Positions 43,921 through 60,032 of a DNA stretch of 64,000 nucleotides are shown piece by piece. Position 1 is the stretch's first letter. Every line of letters begins with the position of its first letter. Below the pieces are notes generated by a model. That model searched no databases, had not been told where the DNA came from, and saw only the letters and a program-made list of their open reading frames with translations. The translations under genes and the position numbers were made by a program. The stretch lies in the NCBI RefSeq assembly GCF_003018255.1, contig NZ_CP027440.1; one strand, given 5' to 3'. The stretch comes from Escherichia coli. Lineage in GTDB: Bacteria; Pseudomonadota; Gammaproteobacteria; Enterobacterales; Enterobacteriaceae.

Positions 43921-44661
43921 ATGTTAGATCAAGTATGCCAGCTTGCACGGAATGCAGGCGATGCCATTATGCAGGTCTACGACGGGACGAAACCGATGGA
44001 CGTCGTCAGCAAAGCGGACAATTCTCCGGTAACGGCAGCGGATATTGCCGCACACACCGTTATCATGGACGGTTTACGTACGCTGACACCGGATATTCCG
44101 GTGCTTTCTGAAGAAGATCCTCCCGGTTGGGAAGTCCGCCAGCACTGGCAGCGTTACTGGCTGGTAGACCCACTGGATGGTACTAAAGAGTTTATTAAAC
44201 GTAATGGCGAATTCACCGTTAACATTGCGCTCATCGACCACGGCAAACCGATTTTAGGTGTGGTGTATGCGCCGGTAATGAACGTAATGTACAGCGCGGC
44301 AGAAGGCAAAGCGTGGAAAGAAGAGTGCGGCGTGCGCAAGCAGATTCAGGTCCGTGATGCGCGCCCGCCACTGGTCGTTATTAGCCGATCCCATGCAGAT
44401 GCAGAGCTGAAAGAGTATCTGCAACAGCTTGGCGAACATCAGACCACGTCCATCGGCTCTTCGCTGAAATTCTGCCTGGTGGCGGAAGGGCAGGCGCAGC
44501 TGTACCCGCGCTTCGGACCAACGAATATTTGGGACACCGCCGCTGGTCATGCCGTGGCTGTAGCTGCCGGAGCGCACGTTCACGACTGGCAGGGTAAACC
44601 GCTGGATTACACTCCGCGCGAGTCGTTCCTGAATCCGGGGTTCAGAGTATCTATTTATTAA
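43921..44661 (+). CDS. cysQ: 3'(2'),5'-bisphosphate nucleotidase CysQ
   Basis: 246 aa [22 protein letters not shown]; inositol-monophosphatase-family motif [12 protein letters not shown]. Confidence 0.95.
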   Translation: MLDQVCQLARNAGDAIMQVYDGTKPMDVVSKADNSPVTAADIAAHTVIMDGLRTLTPDIPVLSEEDPPGWEVRQHWQRYWLVDPLDGTKEFIKRNGEFTVNIALIDHGKPILGVVYAPVMNVMYSAAEGKAWKEECGVRKQIQVRDARPPLVVISRSHADAELKEYLQQLGEHQTTSIGSSLKFCLVAEGQAQLYPRFGPTNIWDTAAGHAVAVAAGAHVHDWQGKPLDYTPRESFLNPGFRVSIY

Positions 44662-45208
44662 TTAATTTATGCAGCAGGTCCATCACTTGCTGCACCTCTT
44701 CCTGAGTAAGCGCCCCGTCTTTGGCCCATTGCACGCGACCGTCTTTATCCAGCACCACTACAGCGGAACTTTCTTCATCCAGCTGCCAGGCACCGCGCGC
44801 GACGCCATTGCTATCGACAATAAACTGCGACCAGGGATAAAGCTTTTTATTACTCTCCAGACTGCTGCGCACAAACATGCCGGAACCCGGAATTGCGTCG
44901 TCGGTGTTAACAATGGTGGTGGTCTGGTAACGATCGTGCGGTAACTTTGCTGATTTAATCGCTTCAATCAGCGTCGCGTTTTTCTCTTTTGCAGAGGTGC
45001 GACCAGCAATATGTTGCAGTACTCGCACTTTTCCCACTAGCTGCGCGCTGTTCCAGGTTTTGTAGCTAAACTGATCTTTATCAAGCACCAACTCGCCACG
45101 ATCGGTAATGCCAATCGGCGGCACTCGCTGACCGGTTTCGAACTGATGTGCGGAAGCCATCATCGGCAACAGCAGGCAGGTGAGTGCCAGAATCTTGCGT
45201 AGGGTCAT
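44651..45208 (-). CDS. ytfJ: Periplasmic protein YtfJ (DUF1107-like)
   Basis: 185 aa with signal peptide [20 protein letters not shown]; convergent 11-bp overlap with cysQ. Confidence 0.88.
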   Translation of the reverse strand: MTLRKILALTCLLLPMMASAHQFETGQRVPPIGITDRGELVLDKDQFSYKTWNSAQLVGKVRVLQHIAGRTSAKEKNATLIEAIKSAKLPHDRYQTTTIVNTDDAIPGSGMFVRSSLESNKKLYPWSQFIVDSNGVARGAWQLDEESSAVVVLDKDGRVQWAKDGALTQEEVQQVMDLLHKLINK

Positions 45209-45532
45209 GGTGTTTCCTTCTTATGATATGCAGGTGATCCGACCACTTGGGTCTGAGTTTTAATCATATGTGCTATTTATCGAATTTCCCGCAAGTGTGA
45301 TGCCAGTTTGCGGTCAAGCGCACAAATCATATGAAAAATGAATGCTTATACTGAAGACGGCGCTTCGGTAAAAAGATAATTCTGAATAATTGTAACCTTT
45401 AGGTAAAAAAAGTTATACGCGGTGGAAACATTGCCCGGATAGTCTATAGTCACTAAGCATTAAAATTTGCGCCTCATAATAGTTGGGCCGATTGTGGCAC
45501 CGCACAGGCGTAATACTCAGCAGGAGATAACA

Positions 45533-45739
45533 ATGAAAATTTTCCAACGGTACAACCCACTTCAGGTGGCGAAGTACGTAAAGATCCTGTTCCGTGGACG
45601 GTTATACATCAAGGACGTTGGCGCTTTTGAATTTGATAAGGGTAAGATTCTTATCCCAAAAGTGAAGGATAAGCTGCATTTGTCAGTGATGTCCGAAGTT
45701 AACCGTCAGGTTATGCGTCTGCAAACAGAGATGGCTTAA
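45533..45739 (+). CDS. ytfK: Small protein YtfK (DUF1107)
   Basis: ORF track 45467..45739; start at ATG 45533 ([20 protein letters not shown]) after caggaga RBS, 68 aa. Confidence 0.85.
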
Positions 45740-45800
45740 CCAAAGTGCTATGCAGTAATAAGACGGCTCCTGATTCAGGAGCCGTTGATGTTTCTGGGGG

Positions 45801-47144
45801 TTACGCGACGCTTTCTTCTTTATCTTTAGCGTCAGGCAATTTTGGCGAAAGGGCGGTGGCCTTGCTGTCGATTCGGGTCACCAGCAGCTGGTCGATGCGG
45901 TAGTTATCGATATCCACCACTTCAAATTTGTAGCCGGCGAATTTCACCGAATCGGTGCGTTTCGGGATCTTACGCAGCATAAACATCATAAAGCCGCCGA
46001 TGGTTTCGTAGTTGCCCGACTGCGGGAACTCGTCAATATCCAGCACGCGCATGACGTCGTCAATAGGCGTGCCGCCGTCTATCAGCCATGAGTTCTCATC
46101 ACGGGCGACAATTTGCTCTTCCAGCCCCTGACCGACCAGATCGCCCATCAGCGTGGTCATCACGTCGTTGAGGGTGATGATCCCCACTACCAGCGCGTAC
46201 TCGTTCATGATCACCGCGAAGTCTTCACCTGCGGTTTTAAAACTTTCCAACGCCTCTGAAAGGGTTAACGTATCCGGCACAATCAGCGTATTGCGAATTT
46301 GTACGCCGCTGTTCAGTGCCAGGCTTTGGTTAGCCAGCACGCGGTTCAGCAGGTCTTTAGAATCGACATAGCCGATGATGTGGTCAATATCTTCATTACA
46401 GACGAGAAACTTAGAGTGCGGATGTTCCGCCACCTTATTCTTCAGACTTTGCTCATCTTCGTGGAGATCAAACCAAATCACGTTTTCACGCGGTGTCATT
46501 GAAGACGGAACGGTACGGGATTCCAGCTCAAAGACGTTTTCAATCAGCTCGTGTTCCTGTTTACGTAACACGCCCGCCAGCGCACCGGCTTCCACTACCG
46601 CGTAGATGTCATCAGAAGTGATATCATCTTTACGTACCATTGGCAGTTTGAAAATACGGAAGATTATGTTCGCCAGTCCGTTGAAGAACCACACCAGCGG
46701 GGTGCAAACGTACAGGCAGAAGCGCATCGGGTTGATGATACGCAAAGCCACCGCTTCTGGCGCAATCATACCGATGCGTTTCGGGGTTAAATCCGCAAAC
46801 AGGATAAACATGCCAGTCACTAACGAGAAAGAGAGAATAAAGCTCAGTTGCTCAGAGAGTTCTGCCGACATATAGCGGGAGAACAGGCTGTGAAAAGCTG
46901 GAGAAAATGCCGCATCACCGACGATACCGCCGAGAATCGCCACTGCGTTCAGACCGATCTGGACCACGGTAAAGAACATGCCGGGATTTTCCTGCATATT
47001 CAGAACGCGTTGGGCATTTATATTGCCTTCATCAGCCAGCAGTTTAAGTTTGATTTTGCGTGAGGCGGCAAGCGAGATCTCGGACATCGAGAAGAACGCA
47101 CTTACAGCGATCAAACAGAGTATGACTAAAATACTGTTTAACAT
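45801..47144 (-). CDS. ytfL: HlyC/CorC-family membrane protein with CBS domains (YtfL)
   Basis: 447 aa; N-terminal DUF21 TM region, CBS pair, CorC_HlyC C-terminus. Confidence 0.92.
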   Translation of the reverse strand: MLNSILVILCLIAVSAFFSMSEISLAASRKIKLKLLADEGNINAQRVLNMQENPGMFFTVVQIGLNAVAILGGIVGDAAFSPAFHSLFSRYMSAELSEQLSFILSFSLVTGMFILFADLTPKRIGMIAPEAVALRIINPMRFCLYVCTPLVWFFNGLANIIFRIFKLPMVRKDDITSDDIYAVVEAGALAGVLRKQEHELIENVFELESRTVPSSMTPRENVIWFDLHEDEQSLKNKVAEHPHSKFLVCNEDIDHIIGYVDSKDLLNRVLANQSLALNSGVQIRNTLIVPDTLTLSEALESFKTAGEDFAVIMNEYALVVGIITLNDVMTTLMGDLVGQGLEEQIVARDENSWLIDGGTPIDDVMRVLDIDEFPQSGNYETIGGFMMFMLRKIPKRTDSVKFAGYKFEVVDIDNYRIDQLLVTRIDSKATALSPKLPDAKDKEESVA

Positions 47145-47321
47145 ATCTTATCCGACCTTTCAGGCCAGATCCTCGGAAGGGGAAGTTGATTAATTTGTGT
47201 GAAATACACATTGAAAGCCGATTCGAAGAAAGTGAACCGGCATTTTCAGTGGCTAGTATAGCGTAAGGTACTGTAAAGCCGCCAGAGGGTTAAAATTCAG
47301 ACAGCTGAAAAATGAAAAACT

Positions 47322-47420
47322 GCCTGATGCGCTATGCCGAACAGGCCTACGCAGTCCCCGCAATATATTGAATTTGGACGATTTTGTAGGCCTGGCAAGG
47401 CGTTTACGCCGTATCCGGCA
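47322..47420. repeat. REP-like repeat
   Basis: gcctgatgcgctatgcc...gcctacgcag...gccgtatccggca motifs between ytfL and msrA. Confidence 0.55.
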
Positions 47421-47466
47421 TAAACAAAATGCACTTTATCAACAATCTACATTTGTACCCGTAACG

Positions 47467-48105
47467 CTATGCTTCCGGCGGCAGACAGACGCCAATTCCG
47501 CCAATTCCACAGTAACCATACGGGTTTTTATGCAGATATTGCTGGTGGTCATCTTCGGCATAATAAAACGGTGTGGCGTTAGCGATTTCCGTGGTGATGC
47601 GACGATCGTCATCGGCGGCAAGCATCGCCGCCTGAAAACGTTCCAGACTGGCGCGAGCGGCGGCATCCTGTTCTGGGGTCAGCGGATAAATCGCTGAACG
47701 ATACTGCGTGCCGTGGTCATTGCCCTGACGCATTCCCTGGGCGGGATCGTGATTCTCCCAAAATACTTGTAGCAACTGCTCATAGCTGATGACGGATGGA
47801 TCGTAAACAATGCGCACCGCTTCGGCATGGCCAGTATCGCCGGAGCACACTTCCCGATAAGTCGGATTTGGCGTATAGCCGCCGGTATAGCCTGCGGCGG
47901 TGCTGTAAACGCCGGGTAACTGCCAGAACAGACGCTCCACACCCCAGAAACAACCCATCGCAAAAATGGCAATCTCCATTCCGTCAGGTACATTGGTCAT
48001 TGAGTGACCGTTGACCGCATGCAGCGTGGCTACGGGCATCGGGGTGTTACGTCCAGGCAGGGCATCGGCGGGGGAAACCAGATGCTTTTTATCAAATAAA
48101 CTCAT
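47467..48105 (-). CDS. msrA: Peptide methionine sulfoxide reductase MsrA
   Basis: ORF track 47467..48171; start at [18 protein letters not shown], 212 aa; catalytic GCFWG motif. Confidence 0.95.
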   Translation of the reverse strand: MSLFDKKHLVSPADALPGRNTPMPVATLHAVNGHSMTNVPDGMEIAIFAMGCFWGVERLFWQLPGVYSTAAGYTGGYTPNPTYREVCSGDTGHAEAVRIVYDPSVISYEQLLQVFWENHDPAQGMRQGNDHGTQYRSAIYPLTPEQDAAARASLERFQAAMLAADDDRRITTEIANATPFYYAEDDHQQYLHKNPYGYCGIGGIGVCLPPEA

Positions 48106-48268
48106 GGTGTCGCTCTCCCGAAAATCGGTCATTGGGGTTAAGGTTGTAACAAGAGGCGTATTTGCACACAATAACCGCTGTGAATAGGTCTAAAGTAAAA
48201 CATAAGAAATATTTGGGGTTTAGTCTGCTTTTTAATCCATATTACTGGATTTTTGTTAAGCCGTTTAA

Positions 48269-53820
<5,552 letters not shown>

Positions 53821-53822
53821 CA

Positions 53823-54164
53823 ATGCGAATATTTGTCTACGGCAGTTTACGCCACAAACAAGGCAACAGTCACTGGATGACCAATGCCCAGTTACTGGGC
53901 GATTTCAGTATCGATAACTACCAGTTGTATAGCCTGGGCCACTATCCAGGCGCAGTTCCGGGGAACGGAACAGTACACGGTGAAGTTTATCGTATTGATA
54001 ACGCCACGCTGGCCGAACTTGATGCCTTGCGCACCAGGGGCGGTGAATACGCGCGCCAGTTGATTCAGACGCCGTACGGGAGTGCATGGATGTACGTTTA
54101 TCAACGACCCGTCGATGGATTAAAGCTAATTGAAAGCGGCGACTGGTTAGACAGGGATAAGTAA
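53823..54164 (+). CDS. ytfP: Gamma-glutamylcyclotransferase-family protein YtfP
   Basis: 113 aa MRIFVYGSLRHKQGNSHWM (GGCT/AIG2-like YGSL motif). Confidence 0.9.
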   Translation: MRIFVYGSLRHKQGNSHWMTNAQLLGDFSIDNYQLYSLGHYPGAVPGNGTVHGEVYRIDNATLAELDALRTRGGEYARQLIQTPYGSAWMYVYQRPVDGLKLIESGDWLDRDK

Positions 54165-54543
54165 TAATAAAAGCACGCCACCTTCGGGTGGCGTTGTTTT
54201 ATGCGATGTATCTCGCGATTTTTTTTGTAACTTTCCCATCTTTTGCTTTTCTCTCCGGGCCGCTTTCCATATCTGCAATCGCATAAAAAACTCTGCTGGC
54301 GTTAACAAATGTACAGGGGTAAAACGGGGACACGCTTTGAACGGTGAGTATGAGTGAGGCCGGCTAACTTCCAGCAAGTGGCTATGAACAGCAAAATGGT
54401 GGTCGAGTTTAGCTTGTTCTTACCGTTCAAGCCTTTCAACTGCTGAAAATAATAATAGTGGAGTAGAGAGTTTATAAATTGCGGGCATAAAAAAACCCTT
54501 ACTAACCGAAGCCCGGTGTTCAGGGTTATTGCGCCAGAAGAAC

Positions 54544-55074
54544 TTATTTATTCTTGGCGCGCTCGAAGGAAGCAACGATTTCAGCTTTAGCGGCTTCTGC
54601 GTTTTCCCAACCTTCAACTTTAACCCACTTGCCTTTTTCGAGGTCTTTGTAGTGCTCGAAGAAGTGAGCGATTTGCGCTTTCAGCAGCTCTGGCAGATCG
54701 TTAACGTCTTTAATGTGATCGTATTCTTTGCTCAGCTTGGTGTGCGGAACAGCAATCAGTTTCGCATCTTCACCGGCTTCGTCGGTCATTTTCAGTACGC
54801 CAACCGGACGGCAGCGGATCACAGAACCCGGCTGCAGCGGGTACGGAGTCGGGACCAGTACGTCAACCGGGTCACCGTCCAGAGACAGAGTGTGGTTGAT
54901 GTAACCGTAGTTGCACGGATAGAACATCGCGGTGGACATGAAGCGGTCAACGAACAGTGCGCCGCTCTCTTTGTCGATTTCGTATTTGATTGGATCTGCG
55001 TTAGCCGGGATCTCAATAACAACGTAGATGTCTTCCGGCAGATCTTTACCCGCAGGGACGTTGAGTAAGCTCAT
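54544..55074 (-). CDS. ppa: Inorganic pyrophosphatase
   Basis: 176 aa [35 protein letters not shown]. Confidence 0.97.
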   Translation of the reverse strand: MSLLNVPAGKDLPEDIYVVIEIPANADPIKYEIDKESGALFVDRFMSTAMFYPCNYGYINHTLSLDGDPVDVLVPTPYPLQPGSVIRCRPVGVLKMTDEAGEDAKLIAVPHTKLSKEYDHIKDVNDLPELLKAQIAHFFEHYKDLEKGKWVKVEGWENAEAAKAEIVASFERAKNK

Positions 55075-55383
55075 GTCTGTTTCCTTTAAAAATATGTGGC
55101 AAACAAGTGCCGAGTATTATAGCCAACTCGCGCCGAATGTCTTCGCTTGTTTTCGTCTTCATTTTCCTTTTTCGCCAGTTTTAAGACGGTATACAGAGCA
55201 GGAAAATCCATAACCGTAGCCGCATTTTTCATAGTGAGATGAAAGCGATTACAAACTTGTGATTAACGTTTTATTTACTTTTTTGAAGTGTGATGTAACG
55301 CAATCCGTTACATAACGAATTGTCTATAGTTTTTTCGCGAACATCTTTTCACCAATAATAATTACCCCGACGAGGACAACCCT

Positions 55384-56340
55384 ATGTGGAAACGCTTACT
55401 TGTAGTCTCTGCAGTCTCGGCAGCCATGTCGTCTATGGCGTTGGCCGCTCCATTAACCGTTGGATTTTCGCAGGTCGGGTCGGAATCCGGCTGGCGCGCC
55501 GCAGAAACCAATGTGGCGAAAAGTGAAGCCGAAAAGCGCGGAATTACGTTGAAAATTGCCGATGGTCAGCAAAAGCAGGAAAACCAGATTAAAGCGGTAC
55601 GTTCCTTCGTCGCGCAAGGGGTGGATGCGATCTTTATCGCTCCAGTGGTAGCGACCGGTTGGGAGCCGGTATTAAAAGAGGCGAAAGATGCCGAAATCCC
55701 GGTCTTCTTGCTTGACCGTTCCATCGATGTGAAAGACAAATCTCTCTATATGACCACTGTCACCGCCGACAACATCCTCGAAGGCAAGTTGATTGGTGAC
55801 TGGCTGGTAAAAGAAGTGAATGGCAAACCATGCAACGTGGTGGAGCTGCAGGGCACCGTTGGGGCCAGCGTCGCCATTGACCGTAAGAAAGGCTTTGCCG
55901 AAGCCATTAAGAATGCGCCAAATATCAAAATTATCCGCTCGCAGTCAGGTGACTTCACCCGCAGCAAAGGCAAAGAAGTGATGGAGAGCTTTATCAAAGC
56001 GGAAAACAACGGCAAAAACATCTGCATGGTTTACGCCCATAACGATGACATGGTGATTGGTGCAATTCAGGCAATTAAAGAAGCGGGCCTGAAACCGGGC
56101 AAAGATATCCTGACAGGCTCTATCGACGGTGTGCCGGACATCTACAAAGCGATGATTGATGGCGAAGCGAACGCCAGTGTTGAACTGACGCCGAATATGG
56201 CAGGTCCCGCCTTCGACGCGCTGGAGAAATATAAAAAAGACGGCACCATGCCTGAAAAGCTGACGTTAACCAAATCCACCCTTTATCTGCCTGATACCGC
56301 AAAAGAAGAGTTAGAGAAGAAGAAAAATATGGGGTATTGA
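55384..56340 (+). CDS. ytfQ: ABC transporter periplasmic sugar-binding protein (galactofuranose-binding YtfQ)
   Basis: 318 aa with signal peptide MWKRLLVVSAVSAAMSSMALA; type I periplasmic binding-protein fold. Confidence 0.93.
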   Translation: MWKRLLVVSAVSAAMSSMALAAPLTVGFSQVGSESGWRAAETNVAKSEAEKRGITLKIADGQQKQENQIKAVRSFVAQGVDAIFIAPVVATGWEPVLKEAKDAEIPVFLLDRSIDVKDKSLYMTTVTADNILEGKLIGDWLVKEVNGKPCNVVELQGTVGASVAIDRKKGFAEAIKNAPNIKIIRSQSGDFTRSKGKEVMESFIKAENNGKNICMVYAHNDDMVIGAIQAIKEAGLKPGKDILTGSIDGVPDIYKAMIDGEANASVELTPNMAGPAFDALEKYKKDGTMPEKLTLTKSTLYLPDTAKEELEKKKNMGY

Positions 56341-56349
56341 GGGTTGCTA

Positions 56350-56450
56350 TGCCTGATGCCGATTCGTAGGCCGGATAAGGCGCTCGCGCCGCATCCGGCG
56401 GTTGTGCGCTGAAGCCTGATGCGACGCTTACCGCGTCTTATCATGCCTAC
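56350..56450. repeat. REP/BIME repeats
   Basis: gcctgatgcc...taggccggataaggcgctcgcgccgcatccggcg...gcctgatgcgacgcttaccgcgtcttatcatgcctac between ytfQ and ytfR. Confidence 0.8.
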
Positions 56451-56479
56451 TGGGAGCACGCTTTACACCGGGGGAAACC

Positions 56480-57982
56480 ATGACGACCGACCAACACCAG
56501 GAAATCCTCCGCACCGAAGGATTAAGTAAATTTTTCCCCGGTGTCAAAGCGTTAGACAACGTTGATTTCAGCCTGCGCCGTGGCGAAATCATGGCGCTGC
56601 TCGGTGAAAACGGGGCGGGAAAATCGACGCTAATCAAAGCATTAACCGGTGTATACCACGCCGATCGCGGCACTATCTGGCTGGAAGGCCAGGCTATCTC
56701 ACCGAAAAACACCGCCCACGCACAACAACTCGGCATCGGCACCGTCTATCAGGAAGTCAACCTGCTACCCAATATGTCGGTCGCTGATAATCTATTCATA
56801 GGTCGCGAACCCAAACGTTTCGGCCTTCTACGCCGTAAAGAGATGGAAAAGCGCGCCACCGAACTGATGGCATCTTACGGTTTCTCCCTCGACGTGCGCG
56901 AACCGCTCAACCGCTTTTCAGTCGCGATGCAGCAAATCGTCGCCATTTGCCGGGCTATCGATCTCTCCGCCAAAGTGCTGATCCTCGATGAACCCACCGC
57001 CAGTCTCGACACTCAGGAAGTAGAGTTACTGTTTGGCCTGATGCGTCAGCTTCGCGATCGCGGCGTCAGCCTGATCTTCGTCACTCATTTTCTCGATCAG
57101 GTTTATCAGGTTAGCGATCGGATCACCGTCTTACGTAACGGCAGTTTTGTGGGCTGTCGGGAAACCCGCGAGCTACCGCAGATCGAACTGGTAAAAATGA
57201 TGCTGGGGCGTGAACTGGACACCCACGCGCTTCAGCGTGCCGGGAGAACATTGCTGAGCGACAAACCCGTTGCCGCGTTCAAAAATTACGGCAAAAAAGG
57301 AACGATCGCACCGTTTGATCTCGAAGTACGCCCCGGCGAGATCGTTGGCCTGGCAGGCTTGCTGGGATCCGGACGTACCGAAACCGCCGAAGTGATCTTC
57401 GGGATCAAACCTGCTGACAGCGGCACGGCGTTGATCAAAGGCAAACAGCAAACCCTGCGATCGCCACATCAGGCTTCGGTACTGGGTATCGGCTTCTGCC
57501 CGGAAGACAGGAAAACCGATGGCATCATCGCCGCCGCCTCGGTGCGGGAAAATATCATCCTCGCTCTCCAGGCCCAGCGCGGCTGGCTACGACCGATTTC
57601 CCGCAAAGAACAGCAAGAGATTGCCGAACGCTTTATCCGCCAGCTTGGCATTCGCACACCTTCAACTGAACAACCGATTGAATTTCTCTCTGGCGGCAAT
57701 CAGCAAAAAGTGTTGCTTTCACGTTGGCTACTGACTCGTCCGCAATTTTTGATCCTCGACGAGCCAACCCGCGGCATTGATGTTGGTGCCCACGCTGAAA
57801 TCATCCGCCTGATTGAAACGCTGTGCGCTGACGGTCTGGCGCTGCTGGTGATCTCCTCTGAACTGGAAGAGCTGGTGGGCTATGCCGACCGGGTGATTAT
57901 CATGCGCGATCGCAAACAGGTGGCGGAGATCCCGCTGGCAGAGCTTTCCGTTCCGGCGATCATGAACGCCATTGCGGCGTAA
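56480..57982 (+). CDS. ytfR: Sugar ABC transporter ATP-binding protein with duplicated ABC domains (YtfR)
   Basis: 500 aa; Walker A GENGAGKST and second-domain GLLGSGRTE; signature LSGGNQQK. Confidence 0.93.
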   Translation: MTTDQHQEILRTEGLSKFFPGVKALDNVDFSLRRGEIMALLGENGAGKSTLIKALTGVYHADRGTIWLEGQAISPKNTAHAQQLGIGTVYQEVNLLPNMSVADNLFIGREPKRFGLLRRKEMEKRATELMASYGFSLDVREPLNRFSVAMQQIVAICRAIDLSAKVLILDEPTASLDTQEVELLFGLMRQLRDRGVSLIFVTHFLDQVYQVSDRITVLRNGSFVGCRETRELPQIELVKMMLGRELDTHALQRAGRTLLSDKPVAAFKNYGKKGTIAPFDLEVRPGEIVGLAGLLGSGRTETAEVIFGIKPADSGTALIKGKQQTLRSPHQASVLGIGFCPEDRKTDGIIAAASVRENIILALQAQRGWLRPISRKEQQEIAERFIRQLGIRTPSTEQPIEFLSGGNQQKVLLSRWLLTRPQFLILDEPTRGIDVGAHAEIIRLIETLCADGLALLVISSELEELVGYADRVIIMRDRKQVAEIPLAELSVPAIMNAIAA

Positions 57983-57992
57983 GGAGAATAGT

Positions 57993-59018
57993 GTGATGCC
58001 TCAATCTCTCCCGGACACTACGCCGCCGAAAAGGCGTTTTCGCTGGCCAACAGGAATGCCGCAGCTGGCGGCACTGTTGCTGGTGCTGCTGGTCGATAGC
58101 CTGGTGGCCCCGCATTTCTGGCAGGTGGTGCTTCAGGATGGGCGTTTGTTCGGTAGCCCTATCGACATTCTTAACCGTGCGGCCCCCGTTGCGCTACTGG
58201 CGATTGGCATGACGCTGGTTATCGCCACCGGTGGGATTGATCTCTCCGTAGGGGCGGTGATGGCTATCGCCGGAGCCACAACGGCTGCGATGACGGTCGC
58301 GGGATTCAGCCTGCCGATTGTTTTGTTAAGCGCCCTGGGCACTGGCATCCTGGCAGGATTGTGGAACGGCATACTGGTAGCGATCCTCAAAATTCAGCCG
58401 TTTGTCGCCACCCTGATCCTGATGGTCGCCGGGCGCGGTGTGGCGCAACTGATCACCTCCGGACAGATCGTCACATTTAACTCACCGGATCTCTCCTGGT
58501 TCGGCAGTGGATCGCTGTTGTTCCTGCCAACGCCAGTCATTATTGCGGTGCTGACGCTTCTCCTGTTCTGGCTGTTGACCCGCAAAACGGCACTGGGGAT
58601 GTTTATCGAAGCCGTTGGTATCAATATTCGGGCGGCAAAAAATGCCGGGGTAAACACGCGAATCATCGTCATGCTCACCTACGTGTTGAGCGGGCTATGT
58701 GCGGCGATTGCGGGCATTATCGTGGCGGCGGATATTCGCGGTGCCGATGCCAATAACGCCGGGTTATGGCTGGAGCTGGACGCCATTCTCGCGGTGGTGA
58801 TTGGCGGCGGATCGCTGATGGGCGGGCGCTTTAACCTGCTGCTTTCGGTGGTGGGGGCGCTGATTATTCAGGGAATGAACACCGGAATTTTGCTTTCTGG
58901 ATTTCCGCCGGAGATGAACCAGGTGGTGAAAGCGGTGGTGGTGCTTTGCGTGCTGATTGTCCAGTCGCAACGCTTTATCAGTCTGATTAAAGGGGTACGT
59001 AACCGTGATAAAACGTAA
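57993..59018 (+). CDS. ytfT: Sugar ABC transporter permease YtfT
   Basis: ORF track 57972..59018; GTG at 57993 after aaggaga RBS gives 341 aa (ATG at 57996 also possible); polytopic. Confidence 0.88.
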   Translation: MMPQSLPDTTPPKRRFRWPTGMPQLAALLLVLLVDSLVAPHFWQVVLQDGRLFGSPIDILNRAAPVALLAIGMTLVIATGGIDLSVGAVMAIAGATTAAMTVAGFSLPIVLLSALGTGILAGLWNGILVAILKIQPFVATLILMVAGRGVAQLITSGQIVTFNSPDLSWFGSGSLLFLPTPVIIAVLTLLLFWLLTRKTALGMFIEAVGINIRAAKNAGVNTRIIVMLTYVLSGLCAAIAGIIVAADIRGADANNAGLWLELDAILAVVIGGGSLMGGRFNLLLSVVGALIIQGMNTGILLSGFPPEMNQVVKAVVVLCVLIVQSQRFISLIKGVRNRDKT

Positions 59019-60000
59019 TTTGCCACTGATGATCACCATCGGCGTCTTTGTGTTGGGTTATATCTACTGTCTGACCCAGTTTCCCGGTTTTGCTTCCACA
59101 AGAGTGATCTGCAATATCCTGACCGATAATGCCTTTCTTGGGATAATCGCCGTTGGCATGACCTTTGTGATCCTCTCCGGTGGGATCGATCTCTCCGTCG
59201 GTTCGGTGATCGCCTTTACCGGCGTGTTTCTGGCAAAAGTGATTGGCGATTTCGGCCTCTCGCCGCTGCTGGCGTTTCCGCTGGTGTTGGTGATGGGCTG
59301 TGCCTTCGGCGCATTTATGGGGCTTCTGATTGACGCCCTGAAGATCCCGGCGTTTATCATTACTTTGGCAGGAATGTTCTTTTTGCGTGGCGTCAGCTAT
59401 CTCGTTTCGGAAGAGTCGATCCCGATAAACCATCCTGTTTATGACACGCTCTCAAGCCTTGCGTGGAAAATCCCTGGCGGCGGTCGCTTAAGTGCGATGG
59501 GGCTGCTGATGCTGGCGGTGGTGGTTATCGGCATATTCCTCGCGCATCGTACGCGTTTTGGTAATCAGGTGTACGCCATTGGCGGCAACGCAACGTCGGC
59601 GAACCTGATGGGGATTTCCACTCGCAGCACCACTATTCGCATTTATATGCTCTCTACCGGGCTGGCGACACTGGCGGGGATTGTCTTCTCGATTTATACC
59701 CAGGCCGGATATGCGCTGGCGGGCGTAGGTGTGGAACTGGATGCTATCGCCTCAGTGGTAATTGGCGGTACGCTTTTGAGTGGTGGCGTTGGAACGGTAT
59801 TAGGGACGCTTTTTGGCGTGGCGATTCAGGGACTGATTCAGACTTACATAAACTTTGATGGCACGCTGAGCTCATGGTGGACGAAAATCGCCATCGGTAT
59901 TTTGTTGTTTATTTTTATAGCATTACAGCGTGGATTAACGGTGCTGTGGGAGAATCGTCAGAGTTCGCCTGTGACAAGAGTCAACATTGCGCAGCGATAA
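59005..60000 (+). CDS. yjfF: Sugar ABC transporter permease YjfF
   Basis: 331 aa polytopic ORF; start overlaps ytfT 3' end by 14 bp. Confidence 0.9.
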   Translation: MIKRNLPLMITIGVFVLGYIYCLTQFPGFASTRVICNILTDNAFLGIIAVGMTFVILSGGIDLSVGSVIAFTGVFLAKVIGDFGLSPLLAFPLVLVMGCAFGAFMGLLIDALKIPAFIITLAGMFFLRGVSYLVSEESIPINHPVYDTLSSLAWKIPGGGRLSAMGLLMLAVVVIGIFLAHRTRFGNQVYAIGGNATSANLMGISTRSTTIRIYMLSTGLATLAGIVFSIYTQAGYALAGVGVELDAIASVVIGGTLLSGGVGTVLGTLFGVAIQGLIQTYINFDGTLSSWWTKIAIGILLFIFIALQRGLTVLWENRQSSPVTRVNIAQR

Positions 60001-60032
60001 AAACGCCTCTCCGTGTGGAGAGGCGCAGGAGA

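Noticed and set aside
54147-54617. Small ORFs (76 aa at 54147..54377 and 65 aa at 54420..54617, minus strand) in the ytfP-ppa spacer
   Set aside because: No RBS, no recognisable motifs, overlap terminator hairpins; they do not resemble ChpS/ChpB or any toxin-antitoxin fold.
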